The notes below the pieces were generated by a model. The model was not told the origin of the DNA, searched no databases, and saw nothing but the letters and a program-made list of their open reading frames with translations. A stretch of DNA of 39,659 nucleotides from an uncultured Bacilli bacterium (GTDB lineage: Bacteria; Bacillota_I; Bacilli_A; RF39; UBA660): positions 1 to 39,659 of the forward strand of contig CALVKJ010000004.1 in the NCBI GenBank assembly GCA_944332675.1, read 5' to 3'. Position numbers and translations under genes: made by a program. Shown here piece by piece: positions 39,351 through 39,659 of the stretch. How positions within the stretch are numbered: the stretch's first letter is position 1; the number at the start of each line of letters is the position of its first letter.

Positions 39351-39536
39351 TTAATTATCAATTGTTTTCCATTCAGTTGTACCGCACTTTGTACAAATCT
39401 TCGGAGCTAGTATCTTTTTACCCTTTGGTAACTCCATATCAGTATCAATTTTACTACATAGAATACCACTTTCTGGATCTATATAAGCTACTCCAAATTT
39501 GGCATCTTTACAACTATCACATTGTGCATTTTTCAT
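39351..39536 (-). CDS. Small putative zinc-ribbon protein
   Basis: 61 aa with CDSC and CTKC pairs; GGTG RBS. Confidence 0.65.
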   Translation of the reverse strand: MKNAQCDSCKDAKFGVAYIDPESGILCSKIDTDMELPKGKKILAPKICTKCGTTEWKTIDN

Positions 39537-39659
39537 TTAATCACCATCCATGATTATTATGGATTAAACATCACTTTTTATACAAAATACTGCATATAAA
39601 GGAACAGACTTAATATTATTTTCAAAGCCAAAATTTTTAGTAGATATTCTAATACCATA

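Noticed and set aside
4312-39553. Short alternative ORFs in the track (e.g. 4312+, 4378-, 5196+, 8355+, 12731+, 14394-, 32176+, 36270-, 36394-, 37084+, 39362+)
   Set aside because: They are antisense or off-frame shadows of well-supported genes, with no recognisable motifs.

Overview
Very AT-rich bacterial chromosome segment. It uses the standard code, since TGA is a stop in truA and dnaB. Gene content and order suggest a genome-reduced Bacilli/Firmicutes lineage such as RF39 (inference). Most genes are on the minus strand and follow the origin-proximal order parA-parB-DUF951-ychF-rpsF-ssb-rpsR-rplI-dnaB-walJ-rlmH. Next come ung, a cell-wall cluster (two FemAB-type enzymes, a MurJ-type flippase, FtsEX plus an M23 hydrolase), gerQ, yvcK-whiA-nrdG, truA and the start of rplM. 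Main unusual features: (1) two loci 30 kb apart, each with an XRE regulator divergent from a membrane-anchored protein; the two proteins share a 71-aa two-Cys module (61/71 identical) but have unrelated C-terminal domains; (2) two intact but catalytically dead EcfA-like ATPase remnants without ecfT; (3) a solo, catalytically intact TnpB with a near-consensus promoter and an omega-RNA whose guide reads into an XRE gene; (4) tandem Bro-N paralogs where gdpP normally lies; (5) palindromic operator-like sites upstream of an AAA+/DUF4143 gene. Three genes carry single lesions (whiA TGA, two A5 frameshifts) that may be sequencing errors. The ORF track mislabels 14248..15861, which is on the + strand. 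No tRNA, rRNA or CRISPR array was seen.
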